Shown here: in pieces, positions 37,371 through 50,800 of the stretch
Numbering within the stretch: position 1 is the stretch's first letter
Layout of the letters: the number at the start of each line of letters is the position of its first letter
NCBI GenBank assembly: GCA_030390025.1
Contig: CM059450.1
Span: 26,226,001 to 26,290,000, forward strand
DNA: 64,000 bases
Direction: 5' to 3'
From: Squalus acanthias
Lineage: Eukaryota
The notes under the pieces: generated by a model
Seen by the model: the letters and a program-made list of their open reading frames with translations, nothing else
Told to the model about the DNA's origin: nothing
Databases searched by the model: none
Translations under genes and position numbers: made by a program

Positions 37371-38171
37371 GAGTGGCTTTTCTTTATGAGGGACCTATGG
37401 AAGTGACTATCAGCAGGGCAACAAACCATGGTGGCCATTATAGCTGAGTCTGATCCTGTCCTCACCTGATGTTCACATTCCAGAAGTATAACAAGTAGGA
37501 AAATGATCCTTAGTTGATTTAGCCTTCCCTTGGCTGGGTGCATCAAGACTAAATGCAGAGGCCTAACTACCGTAATCTGTTAACTCAGTATTTCCTGGAG
37601 TTTGTACCTGGGTCTGTTTGGCTCATTTGATCACGGAGCCATTGGGGAGAGTGTGGAGCTTCAGTCATCATCATTAATCTGACAGAAAGCAAGATATAGA
37701 CCTTATAGCTTATGAGTCATTATTTGTGCTGGCTCCTTTGTTGTACTGGGACAGCTCAGTTGGGAAGTTTGTCTTGTCATGCTAGGATCCGGATAGTGCT
37801 AGGAATTCAGTGCCCTTCCTGACGACCAGGAGATTTGTAAGGTACAAGGAAACCATTTGAAACTCAGGATCTGTTGTATTGCCACAGAGAAATTAGTGGT
37901 GGGTCTTCTTAAGTAACTTGCTAGGCCACTTCAGTGAGAATAGAGTACCAAGTAAGTGGGACTGAGTCACATGTAGGTCAGACTGGGTAGGGGTGACATG
38001 TTCCCTTCTCTGAACCAGTTGGGTTTTTATGACAATCCAGCTGCTTTCATGGTCATTTTTCTGGTGCCATCCCACAAATGACCAGATTTATGGATGATGT
38101 GCAGGGCCTGGAATCAACCTTACAGCTTCTGACGTTTGCGGAGTCTGACTGCTGCTCCTTCTCTCTTCCAG

Positions 38172-38278
38172 TGCTGTGAGCCTGAAGCAAGCACAAGTAA
38201 AGCAACAGATCTTGCACCAGCCAAAGAAGCGGCAGCGATTTAGTTTCATACTTTCAGAGACGGGGAAACTACACAAAG
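38172..38278 (+). other. AHNAK: Probable non-coding 5'UTR exon of AHNAK
   Basis: Strong acceptor CTCCTTCTCTCTTCCAG and donor AAG|GTATGT in unique sequence 2.3 kb upstream of the ATG exon, with stops in frame with the ATG. Mammalian AHNAK also has non-coding exons before the ATG exon. Confidence 0.55.
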
Positions 38279-39654
38279 GTATGTCCTTTCTGATTGTCTC
38301 CCCTCAATCCTGTAGGTGCAGTGGTGCAGAGAAGAGCTTGTGAACACATCATTATTAAAGTAGTTGCATATTTCATAAATACCAGCGGTTCTCCCGTGGC
38401 ATTGCTTACAGTAAGTCAGATGATGCACAGCCTTATAAGAACAGGAGCATTGTACCATGTGATGTACATTGTATTATTCTGCTGCTAACGAGCATTTGTG
38501 TGTATCTGATCTGTCCCTTTAAGATCCCAAAGTCCAATTGCTGTAAATTGCTTATCCCCAGGACAGTTAGAGGCTAATTGGTCTTAGGAACATCCTGAAG
38601 TTAATTGGAGAATATTTTCTGTTGCTGGGGAAGTTTTTAAAATGTGTGATGCAAATAATAACATCTGAAGTGTAACAGACATATCTCAAAACTAGAGAGA
38701 GACCGATAGATTTATAATACATTAAAAATCTATGTCTGCATGCACTTCCTGTTTACAAAGCCTGTTGTCAACTTTTCCCACTTTACATTCCTATATATAT
38801 GTTTTTAATTGGAACTACCAATGTTAACTTGTCATGCAGTAATCACACCCTCCTGCCAGTAGTGTCGCTATGTTGCCTCAGTCTTACATCGCCTGCCTCC
38901 TCGGCCTACACTGGAGAGAAATTCCATTGCTTCAACCAACTCTACTTCAAAAATTCTCTAAGCTTTGCTAATTAACTATAAGTAATAATATAAAATCATA
39001 CAAAACAAGGATAGAAAGTATCCTTTAAAATGGAGACTGAATTATGTCCGTGCACCCTGGTCCAATTATCCCCTGCCCTTTAATCCCACTTTACCTGAAG
39101 GCCATACTTGGAATAATAATAAGATAATCTAATACCTGTGTGCAATTCCTGTCTACAAATTCTTACTTCCTATTGTCACATTTTTGTGTCAACTTTTTCC
39201 ATTATAAATTCCTATGTCCACATTTATGATGGCAACTGCCTATGTCGTGCTGTAATTTATTTTTGTCCTTTCCTCTGCTGAAGATGCCAAATGTTGCTAG
39301 GGTGTTGTTACACAACTGTTGGCACTTTGCCCAAGTGGTCATTCTTCATGTTTGAGCATAGGGGTTGTATGTTGGCAGGCTTTTCAACTGTGGAGGCATC
39401 ACTCCCAAGACTGGTAGCTCTCCCCAATATCGACAAACGTGCACTTTCAATTCCATAGTAATCAGGAGCGGGACCCCCCACCCACCTTCCCCCTAGTTCA
39501 AGAGTACTAAGGCCAAATTTAAGACCACTACTGTCACCCTGATTAAGATAAGCTAATTTAGCTCAGACAGGGTTGGAACCTGAGACCTTCCTGGTCTATA
39601 TGACTTAGTACCACACCAGGCAGCCACTGAGGTGGAAAGGGAGTTGAAATTAGA

Positions 39655-40450
39655 ATCATAGAAATAGGACAGCACAGAAGGAGGCCATTCGGCCCATCGA
39701 GTCTGCGGCAGTTGTTTCGAAGAGCAATCCAGTTAGTTTCACTCCCCCGCTCTTTCCCCATATCTCTTCAAATTTTTCTCCTTTAAGTATTCATCCAGTT
39801 CCTTTTTGAAAGCTACTATTAAATCTGTTTCCACCGCCCTATCAGGCAGTGCATTCCAAATCCTAACCACTCATTGCATAAGAAGTTATTCCTCATGTTG
39901 CCTCTGGTTCTTTTGCCAATCGCCTTAAATCTGTGCCCTCTGGTTATCAACCCTTCAGCCATTGGAAAGTTACTCTTTATTTACTCTATCTAAACCCTTC
40001 ATGATTTTAAACACCTCTATCAAATCTCCACTTAGCCTTCTCTGCTTTAAGGAGAACAACCCCAGCTTCTCTAGTCTCTCCAGATAACTGTAATTCCTCA
40101 TCCTTGGAACCATTCTAGTAAATCTCTTCTGTACCCTCGCCAAAGCCTTCATGTCTTTGCTAAAGTGTGGTGTCCAGGATTGGGCTGGGGCCGAACTAGT
40201 GTTTTATATAGGTTTAGCATAACTTCCTGGCTTTTGTACTCTATGCCTCTATTTATAAAGCCCAGGATCCCATATGCTTTATTAACTGCTTTGTTAACCT
40301 GTCCTGCCACCTTCAAAGATTTGTGCACAAGCACCCCCAGGTCTCTGTTCTTGCACCCCTTTTAAAATTGTATCATTTAGCTTGTATTGTCTCTCCTCAT
40401 TCTTCCTACCAAAATGTATCACCTCACACTTTTCTGCGTTAAACTTAGCT
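39655..40450 (-). mobile_element. CR1 LINE 3' fragment (fragmented RT)
   Basis: Fragments KFNAEKCEVIHFGRKN, KAYGILGFINRGIEYKS and QRRLSGDLIEVFKIM in three separate ORFs, then a CR1 tail. Confidence 0.9.
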
Positions 40451-40615
40451 TCTAATAAACAATGTAGCAGTGGTAATACCATTAAGAGTTACGACTGCTT
40501 CACCAATCTGGCGACAGACACCCTGACAGTGATAAACCTGTGACCTTCCAGTCAGCATTTTTCCTGCAGTGAAAAAAGGGCTGACTTAACACTTTGATCC
40601 TTCTGATTTTGACAG

Positions 40616-40769
40616 ATGGCTAAAAAGGAGGACGATCTAGACGTGCTGCTCCCGAACTGGTCAGGAGCTGCTGCACACGGGTTCAGTATAAGTGGTAGTG
40701 ATGATGGGATCTTCATCAAGGACGTGGTGCAGAATTCCCCAGCAGGAAAGAGTGGAGTGATGAAGGAAG
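40616..40769 (+). CDS. AHNAK: AHNAK first coding exon (N-terminal half of PDZ-like domain)
   Basis: GACAG|ATG acceptor. Encodes MAKKEDDLDVLLPNWSGAAAHGFSISGSDDGIFIKDVVQNSPAGKSGVMKE, like the AHNAK N-terminus (LLPNW...GVFV..V.QNSPA...G.VKEG). Donor G|GTATGG, phase 1. Confidence 0.93.
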
Positions 40770-41242
40770 GTATGGTCCCTGCTTTTCAACTGATCTTCTT
40801 CCTTTCCCACACCATACCCCAGTAGTTAAGATTGGAATGGAACACTCGGAACTGATGGTCTGATTCTTAAACAAAGGCAGCCTCCTAGCCCAAATTTTAT
40901 TGTGCAATTTGTTAAAATAAATTAAAAATTCATAATTACCTTCACTCTTGGAGAATTTGCTATGAGTAATTTAAAAATAAGTAGCTTATTTAAAATCTCC
41001 TAGGTGCTCAGAAACCTAGTCTTCTGGGTTCGTACAGTCCCATAGTCACCATTACAGAATTTAAGATATACTGATGGATCTCCCATGGCCGTGCTTTGTA
41101 AGAACAGGACTGTTACACTATATATTACACAATGTTTTTTTTACTACGGTAGCTATGTCCCTTTAAAGCTCATTATTGAATTATTGTTAAGTAAATGCAG
41201 GCTGAGGCCACTCAGAGTGTAATTGCTGCTTTGTCACTGTAC

Positions 41243-41490
41243 TGCTGTACTGGTACGTGCAGTGCAGTGTTGAGTAAAGTCACTTTAAAAGGAACTTTTT
41301 TTTTAACAAGTTGGAATTACAGGATGATGTCACCTTTTATAGTGCATAACTGCTTCAAGAAAGAGTGGGTCAGGAATAGTCCAGAGCTACCGGTGCTGTG
41401 GAATCTGCCCATTTACATTTTATGGCACATTCCATGGCACAAGAGTAGCCAGCACATGCAGGCCTAGTGTTTGAAATCTGTTAGTCAGAT
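41243..41490 (+). repeat. Local direct duplication of the second coding exon's 3' end and donor (copy of 42390..42637)
   Basis: TGCTGTACTG|GTACGTGCAGTGCAGTGTTGAGTAAAGTCAC... continues in alignment for about 245 bp. Confidence 0.9.
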
Positions 41491-42208
41491 TCAAGCTCCA
41501 GCTCAAAGGTACGCATCATTATAAGATTGCTTTATACATCGGCCTCTAAGTCACCTGTATCAGTAAGTTTAAATTATTAATTTTCCTTTGCTAATGCACA
41601 AAAGGAACTAAGCTGTTTTGTCAAAGTGTAAGAAATAATTATGAATTAGCAGATACACAGTTGCTTTTTAATTTCCACGGCCAATTTTCTTTTCTGAAGA
41701 CACTGATTCTTGCTCAAAGTACAGGGTTTAATGGCACCAGTCTGCCTCCAGTACCGTACCCAGGTGGCCACTTTTCATGTGTGCACTCAGACAATGAGCA
41801 TTGGCAAGCTATTTGTCTGTGAACCGGGGTGGCATCACAGCCAAGCCCAATTTTGTCCTCAACGAATGTCCAGAAACACATGCACTTTCCAGCACTGAAT
41901 AGAGTTCAGCCACATGAATACTGGGGCACTGATGCCAATTACAGCATCACTGCTGCTGCCTCAGCTGAGATCAAACCCAAGACATTCCTGTGTGTCTCAG
42001 TTCCACATTGGACAGTGCACTCACCAGGTGAGCTTTGGCAGTTTCTGGTCCATAGCACCCTTGTTCCTTTCGTGCAGCCTGCTCTTGTCTAACTCATGGG
42101 CTGAGCTTGGCTTTTACCATCGCTATTTCAAGTCTCAACACTTTCAAATATCCTAAGAACCTGAAAGGCGCTACATCAATATGAGCTCTTTTTCCCCTTC
42201 CTTTTTAG

Positions 42209-42399
42209 GTGACCAAATCGTAAGTGCAACTATTTACTTTGATGAAATGGGATATGAAGACGCACAGAAAATACTACAGACAGTGGACCGACACACAGTG
42301 GGACTGAAGTTACATCGGAAAGGAGAAAAGCTTTCTCCTGGGGGAAGTTATTCTTGGGACCCTGAACGGCTCGGGGCTACAAGTCCAGATGCTGTACTG
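42209..42399 (+). CDS. AHNAK: AHNAK second coding exon (C-terminal half of PDZ-like domain)
   Basis: Polypyrimidine tract and TAG acceptor. Encodes GDQIVSATIYFDEMGYEDAQKILQTVDRHTVGLKLHRKGE...DAVL. Donor CTG|GTACGT, phase 0; phases fit both neighbouring exons. Confidence 0.93.
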
Positions 42400-43945
42400 G
42401 TACGTGCAGTGCAGTGTTGAGTAAAGTCACATTGAAAGGAACTTTTTTAACAAGTTGGAATTACAGGATGATGCCACCTTTTATAGTGCATAACTGCTTC
42501 AAGAAAGTGTGGGTCAGGAAAAGTCCAGAGCTACCGGTGCTGTGGAATCTGCCCATTTACATTGTATGGCATATTCCACGGCACAAAAGCAGCCAGCACA
42601 TGCAGGCCGAGCGTTTGAAAGCGGCTTTTAGCAGATTTTCTGGCTGCTTGACGTTAGCTGGTGAAAATGTGGGGTTGATCTATGAAATAAAGGACAGGCA
42701 GACTCCCCGATGACTTAGAGGTGTTGCAGACCAGGAAGGATCAAGATTCCCTCACTGACTGTGTTGAGTTAGCTGATCTGAACTGGGACAGTGGTTTGGG
42801 TCACTACAGTTGGCCTCAGCGCCTAGGATTAGGGGAGGGAAAATTGGCCAGGGTTCCTACTCCTGATTGAAATAAGCAACATCTACTGGAAGTGTGCATA
42901 TGGACAGGATTGGGCTTGGCTGTGATGCCATCCACAGTTGGATAGTCTGCTCACCCACGGCCAGACAAAACATTATAATTGGCCACTTGAGTGAGGTACC
43001 AGATGGTCACCCAGTAAGGGACACAGCACCTCCTGGAGAAGAGGGGAGGGGAGAAAATTGTAGAGAAAAACAATAAAAGAAATAAAGGACGGCGTTTATG
43101 GCCTAAAATCCTATTCCCCAAAATTCCTATGTTCTTCCCCAATAACCGGAAAGGCAAGGACTTACCGTTTCCTCTGCTACTAATGCTGCCCTCTGGAGGC
43201 ACCAGTGAAAACCACCTCTTCAGTAGGGTCTCAGTGCTCACGTTGGTGATTGCACCTCCTCATTTACCTTACAATGCTGCCACAGGTGACAGTGCTGTAA
43301 GTTAAAGGTAACATAATATAACACACATCTTTCTCTGTAAAAACAGAATTCCTGACTAATCCCACATTGCTTATAGCACTTCACTAACAACTGTGCACAC
43401 ATCACGTCAACTTTTTCTATTATAAATTCATATATCCACATTTAAAATGGAGACTGCCAATGTAAATTTATCACACTGTAATTACACCCTCCCACCAGTG
43501 GAGGTGTTGCAGCATCGTGGGTAACCATCTAGTACTATATCATATTTCCCGTATAAATTTCCCCCATTTTCTCTACGTCTCTCCTGAAGGAGCTGAGTCT
43601 TCCTGAGGCCGTACCTCACTCAAGTGATCATTCGTCATATATAAGGCAGCAAAAACAGCAGCAACATCTCGCATTTATATAAGTACCTTTAAATGTAGAA
43701 AATGTCTTGAGGCACTTCACATTGGAGAACACAGATGCCAAGCAGCAGCGGGAGAGTTAGAAGAGCTGATTGAAAGCGTGGTCAAATACATAGGTTTTAA
43801 AAAGGCTTTTAAATGTGGGGAGAGAGGTAGCAAGGTGTAAGGAGAGAGTAGCTAAGAGGCTTTAAGGTTCACCCACTAAGCGTGGAAAGGTGGGTGGGGG
43901 GAGTGGTAGGAGAGGATGCACTGGAGACTGGATTTAGAACACCAA

Positions 43946-44539
43946 GGGGGAAAAATTCGGTTGCTTTGCGCCTCCCGTTAGCGCCCTAACGGGGCGCAAA
44001 GCAACTAGTGCCCGGGCGCGGCACCACCAACGCCTCCTGCAAAATTCAGCGGGAGGTTAGCGGCGGCGGTAACCGTTAGTGCCCCGCAGCGCTGCCCCGG
44101 CCGCAATCTTCGGTAGCGCCCCCTGACTTACCACCGGACGCTATGTCCGACGGGGTCAGGGGGGCCTACCTGTGGCCGGGGTGACGCTAATTAAAGGCGA
44201 GGTGCTGGGCAGCCATTTTTGTTGCTGGCCGCCTGCTAGCACCTGCCTCCGTTGCCGTCCCTGGCCTCCTGAGCACCCCCTCCCGCGGAGTGCCAGCTGC
44301 GCTCCATGAGCCCGCCACTTCTCTTTTGCCGGCACTCTGTTCCCGGTGGCCCAGCTGGGCCCCGGGTCGCGCTGCGCAAGGCCCCTCACAGCGCCCCAAG
44401 AGGGAGGCAGGGCGCTTCCAGTAGCGCCCCACTTCCCTCTTGGGGTGCTACCGATGAATTTTGGCTGCAGGGGCGCTAATTTTTTAGCGCCCCAGCGAAG
44501 TTAGCGCCCCAAAGGGGGCGCGACTCAATTTTTTCCCCC
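43946..44539. mobile_element. GC-rich Harbinger-like non-autonomous element in AHNAK intron
   Basis: TIRs GGGGGAAAAATT / AATTTTTTCCCCC. Its left subterminal region resembles the reverse complement of the right end of 70-962. Confidence 0.7.
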
Positions 44540-44873
44540 ATAGGACTAGAGGAGGTGGGTGAGTCTAGATAATGAATATTGGCAGGCTGTTCAACTGTGG
44601 GCAAGGGAGGGCATCACAGCTCAGCATGTTCCTATCCTCATTAGATGTCCACACATATGCTCTTTTCAACAGAATCACTGGACAGGGATCACAGTAAGTA
44701 TTCTGGTTGACCTTTTTTCCCTTCCTAGCTCTCGTACTGCCACACTAGCTGAGATCAGCTAGGACTTTCCCGGTCTGCATGGGAATCTGGCCTGCATGGG
44801 AACCTAACAGTTCCTCTTAAATAAAAACAAAAGCATGAAGCTGGATATGACATAGATTTTGTATTTCCTCTAG

Positions 44874-47800
44874 AGTGGAGATGATGAAGACTATCAGAGG
44901 ATTTTCAGAACCAAAATCAAGCCTCGTCTGAAGTCAGAAGATGGCATAGAGGCATCAGATCAAGGTGACAGATCTTCCAGTGTACATATCACCAGAAAGG
45001 TCATTACACGTACAGTTCACACATCTGGCCCCACAATCATGACAGACATGGAAATCCAGAATCCAGAATTTAAAATAAAAGTTCCAAGATATGAGCAAGT
45101 CACCGTTGAGAGATCAGGACCAAAACTGGAAACGTCAGAGATGGATGTAGATGTTAATCTCTTGGGCACTGAAGGTCTGAAATTTCAAATGGGAGACGGC
45201 CAGCGGACAACGCATACAATGCACATTGTGAAAACAAAAGTTGTAGAGGTATCTGGACCAGATACAGAACATGGACAGACTACATTTCATATGCCACAGA
45301 TCAATTTATCGGGAGGAACAGCACAAACATCCGATCTTGATGTCAAACATGCAAAGACAAATGTGGATATTTCTGCACCAAACGTTGATGTTGATGTCAT
45401 GGCGCCTAATGTCAAATTCCCAAAAGCAAGCATTGATGTTTCTGCTCCAAAAGTTACAACAGATATGCAAATACCTGTTATTGATACAAGAACAACAAAA
45501 CTAGATGTTGACATTGGAGGTTCCGATAGGAAAACCAAAATGCCTTCAATCAAGATGCCAGAGTTGAGTTTTTCTGGGTCAAAGGTGAGAGGTCCAGTTG
45601 TTGATATTAACACAAGTGTAGCAAAAACAGATATTTCTTTTCCCAAGATCGATGCCGATCTAAATATATCTGGAAATCATGATGATTTAAAAGGTCCAAA
45701 CATTGATGTACAAACGTCAAAAATACATGTTGACAGTTCAGGTTTCAATGCGCAAGATGGGAAACTAAACATCAAAACGAAGACACCAAACTTCAATATT
45801 TCAGGTTCCAACATCAAAGAGATTCCAAAAGCCCAAGTTACGAATAAGTGGACAAAAGTAGAAGGACCAGAACTGAACATCGACTCCAACTTTCCCGAGA
45901 CAGATGTTAAGCTATCTGGACCAAAGATAGAAGGCGGTGTTGAAATACCTAAAGCAAATCTGGATGTTGAAGGAGGTGCTGGTGAAATCAAAGGCCCTAA
46001 ATTTAAAATTCCAGGATTCAGTGTCTCAGGAACCAAGATCCAAAAGTCTGATTTTGATCTGGAGGTCAAAGGCCCAAAACTGACAGGTGATGTTGACACA
46101 CCTGACATCAATCTGGAGGGTGACATCAAAGGCCCAAATATAAATATTAAAGGTCCCAAAGTAGATATCGAGGGAACTGATGTGAAAGGAACTGGGCTCA
46201 AGTTTTCAACACCTTCAGTAGGTATACCCAAAATTAAGGCTCCAGATTTTGATTTGAGTTTTAAAAGCCCAAAGCTGAAAGGGGATCAGGATATTGACCT
46301 TTCTTCTCGAAATACAGAGGGACAGATCAAAGGTCCAAATTTGGATGTACATGCACCAGAGCTTGAACTAGGGGGTGGGCATCGACGGTTTGAGATGCCG
46401 ACATTCAATATACCTAAATTCCAAATGGGTGGAGCTAAAGGAGAAGGTCCAGATATGAACATTGATGCTAATCTTCCCGAGGCAGATATTAAGCTATCTG
46501 GTCCAAAGGTAGAAGGCGGTGTCGAAATACCTGACGTAGACTTAGATTTTGAAGGGGGTTCTGGTAAAATCAAAGGCTCCAAATTTAAAATGCCAGGATT
46601 CAATATCTCAGCACCCAAGATCCAAAAGCCTGATTTTGATCTGGAGCTCAAAGGTCCAGAAGTGACCGGAGATGTTGATGCCCCTGATGTTAATCTGGAG
46701 GGTGACATCAAAGGCCCGAATTTGAATATTAAAGGACCCAAATTAGATTTCCAGGGACCTGATGTAAAAGAAAGTGGGCACAAATTTTCAATGCCTTCCC
46801 TACATATGCCCAGCATAAAGGCTCCAGACTTTGACATGAGTCTTAAAGGCCCAAAATTGAAAGGTGACCATGAAATTAACCTTCCTTCTGCAAGTATAGA
46901 GGGAGAGATCAAAGGACCAAAGGTAGATGTAGATATGCCAGAGGCAGATGTTGAAGGTGGCAGTGGAAAGTTCCGCCTGCCTAAATTCAAAATGCCCAAA
47001 TTCCAAATGGGTGGAGCTAAAGGAGAAGGTCCAGATCTAGACATTGATGCTAATCTTCCCAAGGCAGGTGTTAAGCTATCTGGTCCAAAGATAGAAGGCG
47101 ATGTTGAAATACCTGATGTAGATTTGGATTTTGAAGGGGATCCTGGTAAAATCAAAGGCCCTACATTTAAAATGCCGGGATTCAATATCTCTGCACCCAA
47201 GTTTCAAAAGCCTGATTTTGATCTACACCTCAAAGGTCCAAAAGTGGGAGGTGATGTCGATGTACCTGATGTTAATCTAGAGGGTGATATCAAAGGCCCA
47301 AATTTGAATATCAAAGGTCCCAAAGTAGATTTTGAGGGACCTGATGTAAAAGGAAGTGGGCCCACATTTTCAATGCCTTCCCTACATCTGCCCAGCCTAA
47401 AGGCTCCAGACTTTGATTTGGGTTTCAAGGGCCCAAAACTAAAAGGGGATCAGGATATTGACATTTCTTCACCAAATATAGAGGGAGAGATCAAAGGACC
47501 AAAGGTAGATTTAGAAGCACCAGATGTTGACCTGGAGGGTGCAAATGGACAGTTCCGCATGCCAAAAATCAAATTGCCCAAATTCCAAATGGGGGGAGCT
47601 AAAGTAGAAGGTCCAGATATGAACATTGATGCTAATCTTCCCGAAGCAGATGTTAAGCTATCTGGTCCAAAGATAGAAGGCGGTGTTGAAATACCTGACG
47701 TAGATTTGAATGTTGAAGGGGGTTCTGGTAAAATAAAAGGCCCTAATTTTAAAATGCCGGGATTCAATATCTCAGCACCCAAGTTTCAAAAGCCTGATTT

Positions 47801-50800
47801 TGATCTAAAGCTCAAAGGTCCAAAAGTGGGAGGTGATGTGGATGCACCTGACTTCAATCTAGAGGGTGATATCAAAGGCCCAAATTTGAATATTAAAGGT
47901 CCCAAAGTTGATATCGACGGACCTGATGTAAAAGGAAGTGGGCCCAAATTTTCAATGCCTTCCCTACATATGCCCAGCATAACGGTTCCAGACTTTGACT
48001 TGAGTCTTAAAGGCCCAAAAGTGAAAGGTGGCCATGAAATTAACCTTCCTTCTGCAAGTATAGAGGGAGAGATCAAAGGACCAAAGGTAGATGTAGATAT
48101 GGATATGCCAGAGGCTGACGTTGAAGGTGGCAGTGGAAAGTTCCGTCTGCCTAAATTCAAAATGCCCAAATTCCAAATGGGTGGAGCTAAAGGAGAAGGT
48201 CCAGATCTAGACATTGATGCTAAGCTTCCCAAGGCAGATGTTAAGCTATCTGGTCCAAAGATAGAAGGCGGTGTCGAAATACCTGACGTAGATTTGAATG
48301 TTGAAGGGGGTCCTGGTAAAATCAAAGGCTCTAAATTTAAAATGCCAGGATTCAATATCTCAGCACCCAAGATCCAAAAGCCTGATTTTGATCTGGAGCT
48401 CAAAGGTCCAGAAGTGACCGGTGATGTTGATGCCCCTGATGTTAATCTGGAGGGTGACATCAAAGGTCCGAATTTGAATATTAAAGGACCCAAATTAGAT
48501 TTCCAGGGAGCTGATGTAAAAGGAAGTAGGCACAAATTTTCAATGCCTTCCCTACATATGCCCAGCATAAAGGCTCCAGACTTTGACTTGAGTCCTAAAG
48601 GCCCAAAATTGAAAGGTGACCATGAAATTAACCTTCCTTCTGCAAGTATAGAGGGAGAGATCAAAGGACCAAAGGTAGGTGTAGATGTAGATATGCCAGA
48701 GGCTGACATTGAAGGTGGCAGTGGAAAGTTCCGCCTGCCCAAATTCAAAATGCCCAAATTCCACATGGGTGCAGCTAAAGGAGAAGGTCCAGATCTAGAC
48801 ATTGATGCTAATCTTCCCAAGGCAGATGTTAAGCTATCTGGTCCAAAGATAGAAGGCGGTGTTGAAATACCTGATGTAGATTTGGATTATGAAGGGGGTT
48901 CTGGTAAAATCAAAGGCCCTACATTTAAAATGCCGGGATTCAATATCTCAGCACCCAAGTTTCAGAAGCCTGATTTTGATCTAAAGCTCAAAGGTCCAAA
49001 AGTGGGAGGTGTTGTCGATGTCCCTGATGTTAATCTGGAGGGTGACATCAAAGGCCCAAATTTGAATATCAAAGGTCCCAAAGTAGATTTTGAGGGACCT
49101 GATGTAAAAGGAAGTGGGCCCACATTTTCAATGCCTTCCCTACATATGCCCAGCATAAAGGCTCCAGACTTTGATTTGGGTTTCAAGGGCCCAAAACTAA
49201 AAGGGGATCAGGATATTGACATTTCTTCACCAAATATAGAGGGAGAGATCAAAGGACCAAAGATAGACGTAGAAGCACCAGATGTTGACCTGAAGGGTGC
49301 AAATGGGCAGTTCCGCATGCCAAAAATCAAATTGCCCAAATTCCAAATGGGGGGAGCTAAAGTAGAAGGTCCAGATATGAACATTGATGCTAATCTTCCC
49401 GAAGCAGATGTTAAGCTATCTGGTCCAAAGATAGAAGGCGGTGTTGAAATACCTGATGTAGATTTGGATTTTGAAGGGGGTTCTGGTAAAATCAAAGGCC
49501 CTAATTTTAAAATGCCGGGATTCAATATCTCAGCACCCAAGTTTCAAAAGCCTGATTTTGATCTAAAGCTCAAAGGTCCAAAAATGGGAGGTGATGTGGA
49601 TGCACCTGATGTTAATCTGGAGGGTGATATCAAAGGCCCAAATTTGAATATTAAAGGTCCCAAAGTTGATATCGACGGACCTGATGTAAAAGGAAGTCGG
49701 ACCAAATTTTCAATGCCTTCCCTACATATGCCCAGCATAACGGCTCCAGACTTTGACTTGAGTCTTAAAGGCCCAAAAGTGAAAGGTGGCCATGAAATTA
49801 ACCTTCCTTCTGCAAGTATAGAGGAGAGATCAAAGGACCAAAGGTAGATGTAGATGTGGATATGCCAGAGGCTGACGTTGAAGGTGGCAGTGGAAAGTTC
49901 CACCTGCCTAAATTCAAAATGCCTAAATTCCAAGTGGGTGGAGCTAAAGGAGAAGGTCCAGATCTAGACATTGATGCTAATCTTCCCAAGGCAGATGTTA
50001 AGCTATCTGGTCCAAAGATAGAAGGCGACGTTGAAATACCTGATGTAGATTTGGATTTTGAAGGGGGTTCTGGTAAAATCAAAGGCCCTAAATTTAAAAT
50101 GCCGGGATTCAATATCTCTGCACCCAAGTTTCAGAAGCCTGATTTTGATCTACAGCTCAAAGGTCCAAAAGTGGGAGGTGATGTCGATGCACCTGATGTT
50201 AATCTGGAGGGTGATATCAAAGGCCCGAAATTGAATATTAAAGGTCCCAAAGTTGATATCGACGGACCTGATGTAAAAGGAAGTGGGCCCACATTTTCAA
50301 TGCCTTCCCTACATATGCCCAGCATAACAGTTCCAGACTTTGACTTGAGTCTGAAGGGCCCAAAATTGAAAGGTGACCATGATATTGATGTTCCTTCTGC
50401 AAGTATAGAAGGAGAGATCAAAGGACCAAAGGTAGATATCAAGACGCCAGAAGCTGACATAAAAGGTCCCGACGGAAAGTTCCACTTGCCTAAATTCAAA
50501 ATGCCCAGGTTCCGAATGGGTGGACCTAAAGGAGAAGGACCAGATCTGAGTATTGATGCCAATCTTCCCGAGGCAGATGTTAAGCTATCTGGACCAAAGA
50601 TAGAAGGCGGTGTCGAAATACCTGACGTAGATGTAGATGTAGGAAAAGGTTCTGGTAAAATCAAAGGCCCTAAATTTAAAATGCCGGGATTCAATATCTC
50701 AGCACCCAAGTTTCAGAAGCCTGATTTTGATCTGGAGCTCAAAGGTCCAAAAGTGACCGGAGATGTTGATGTCCCTGATGTTAACCTGGAGGGTGACATC

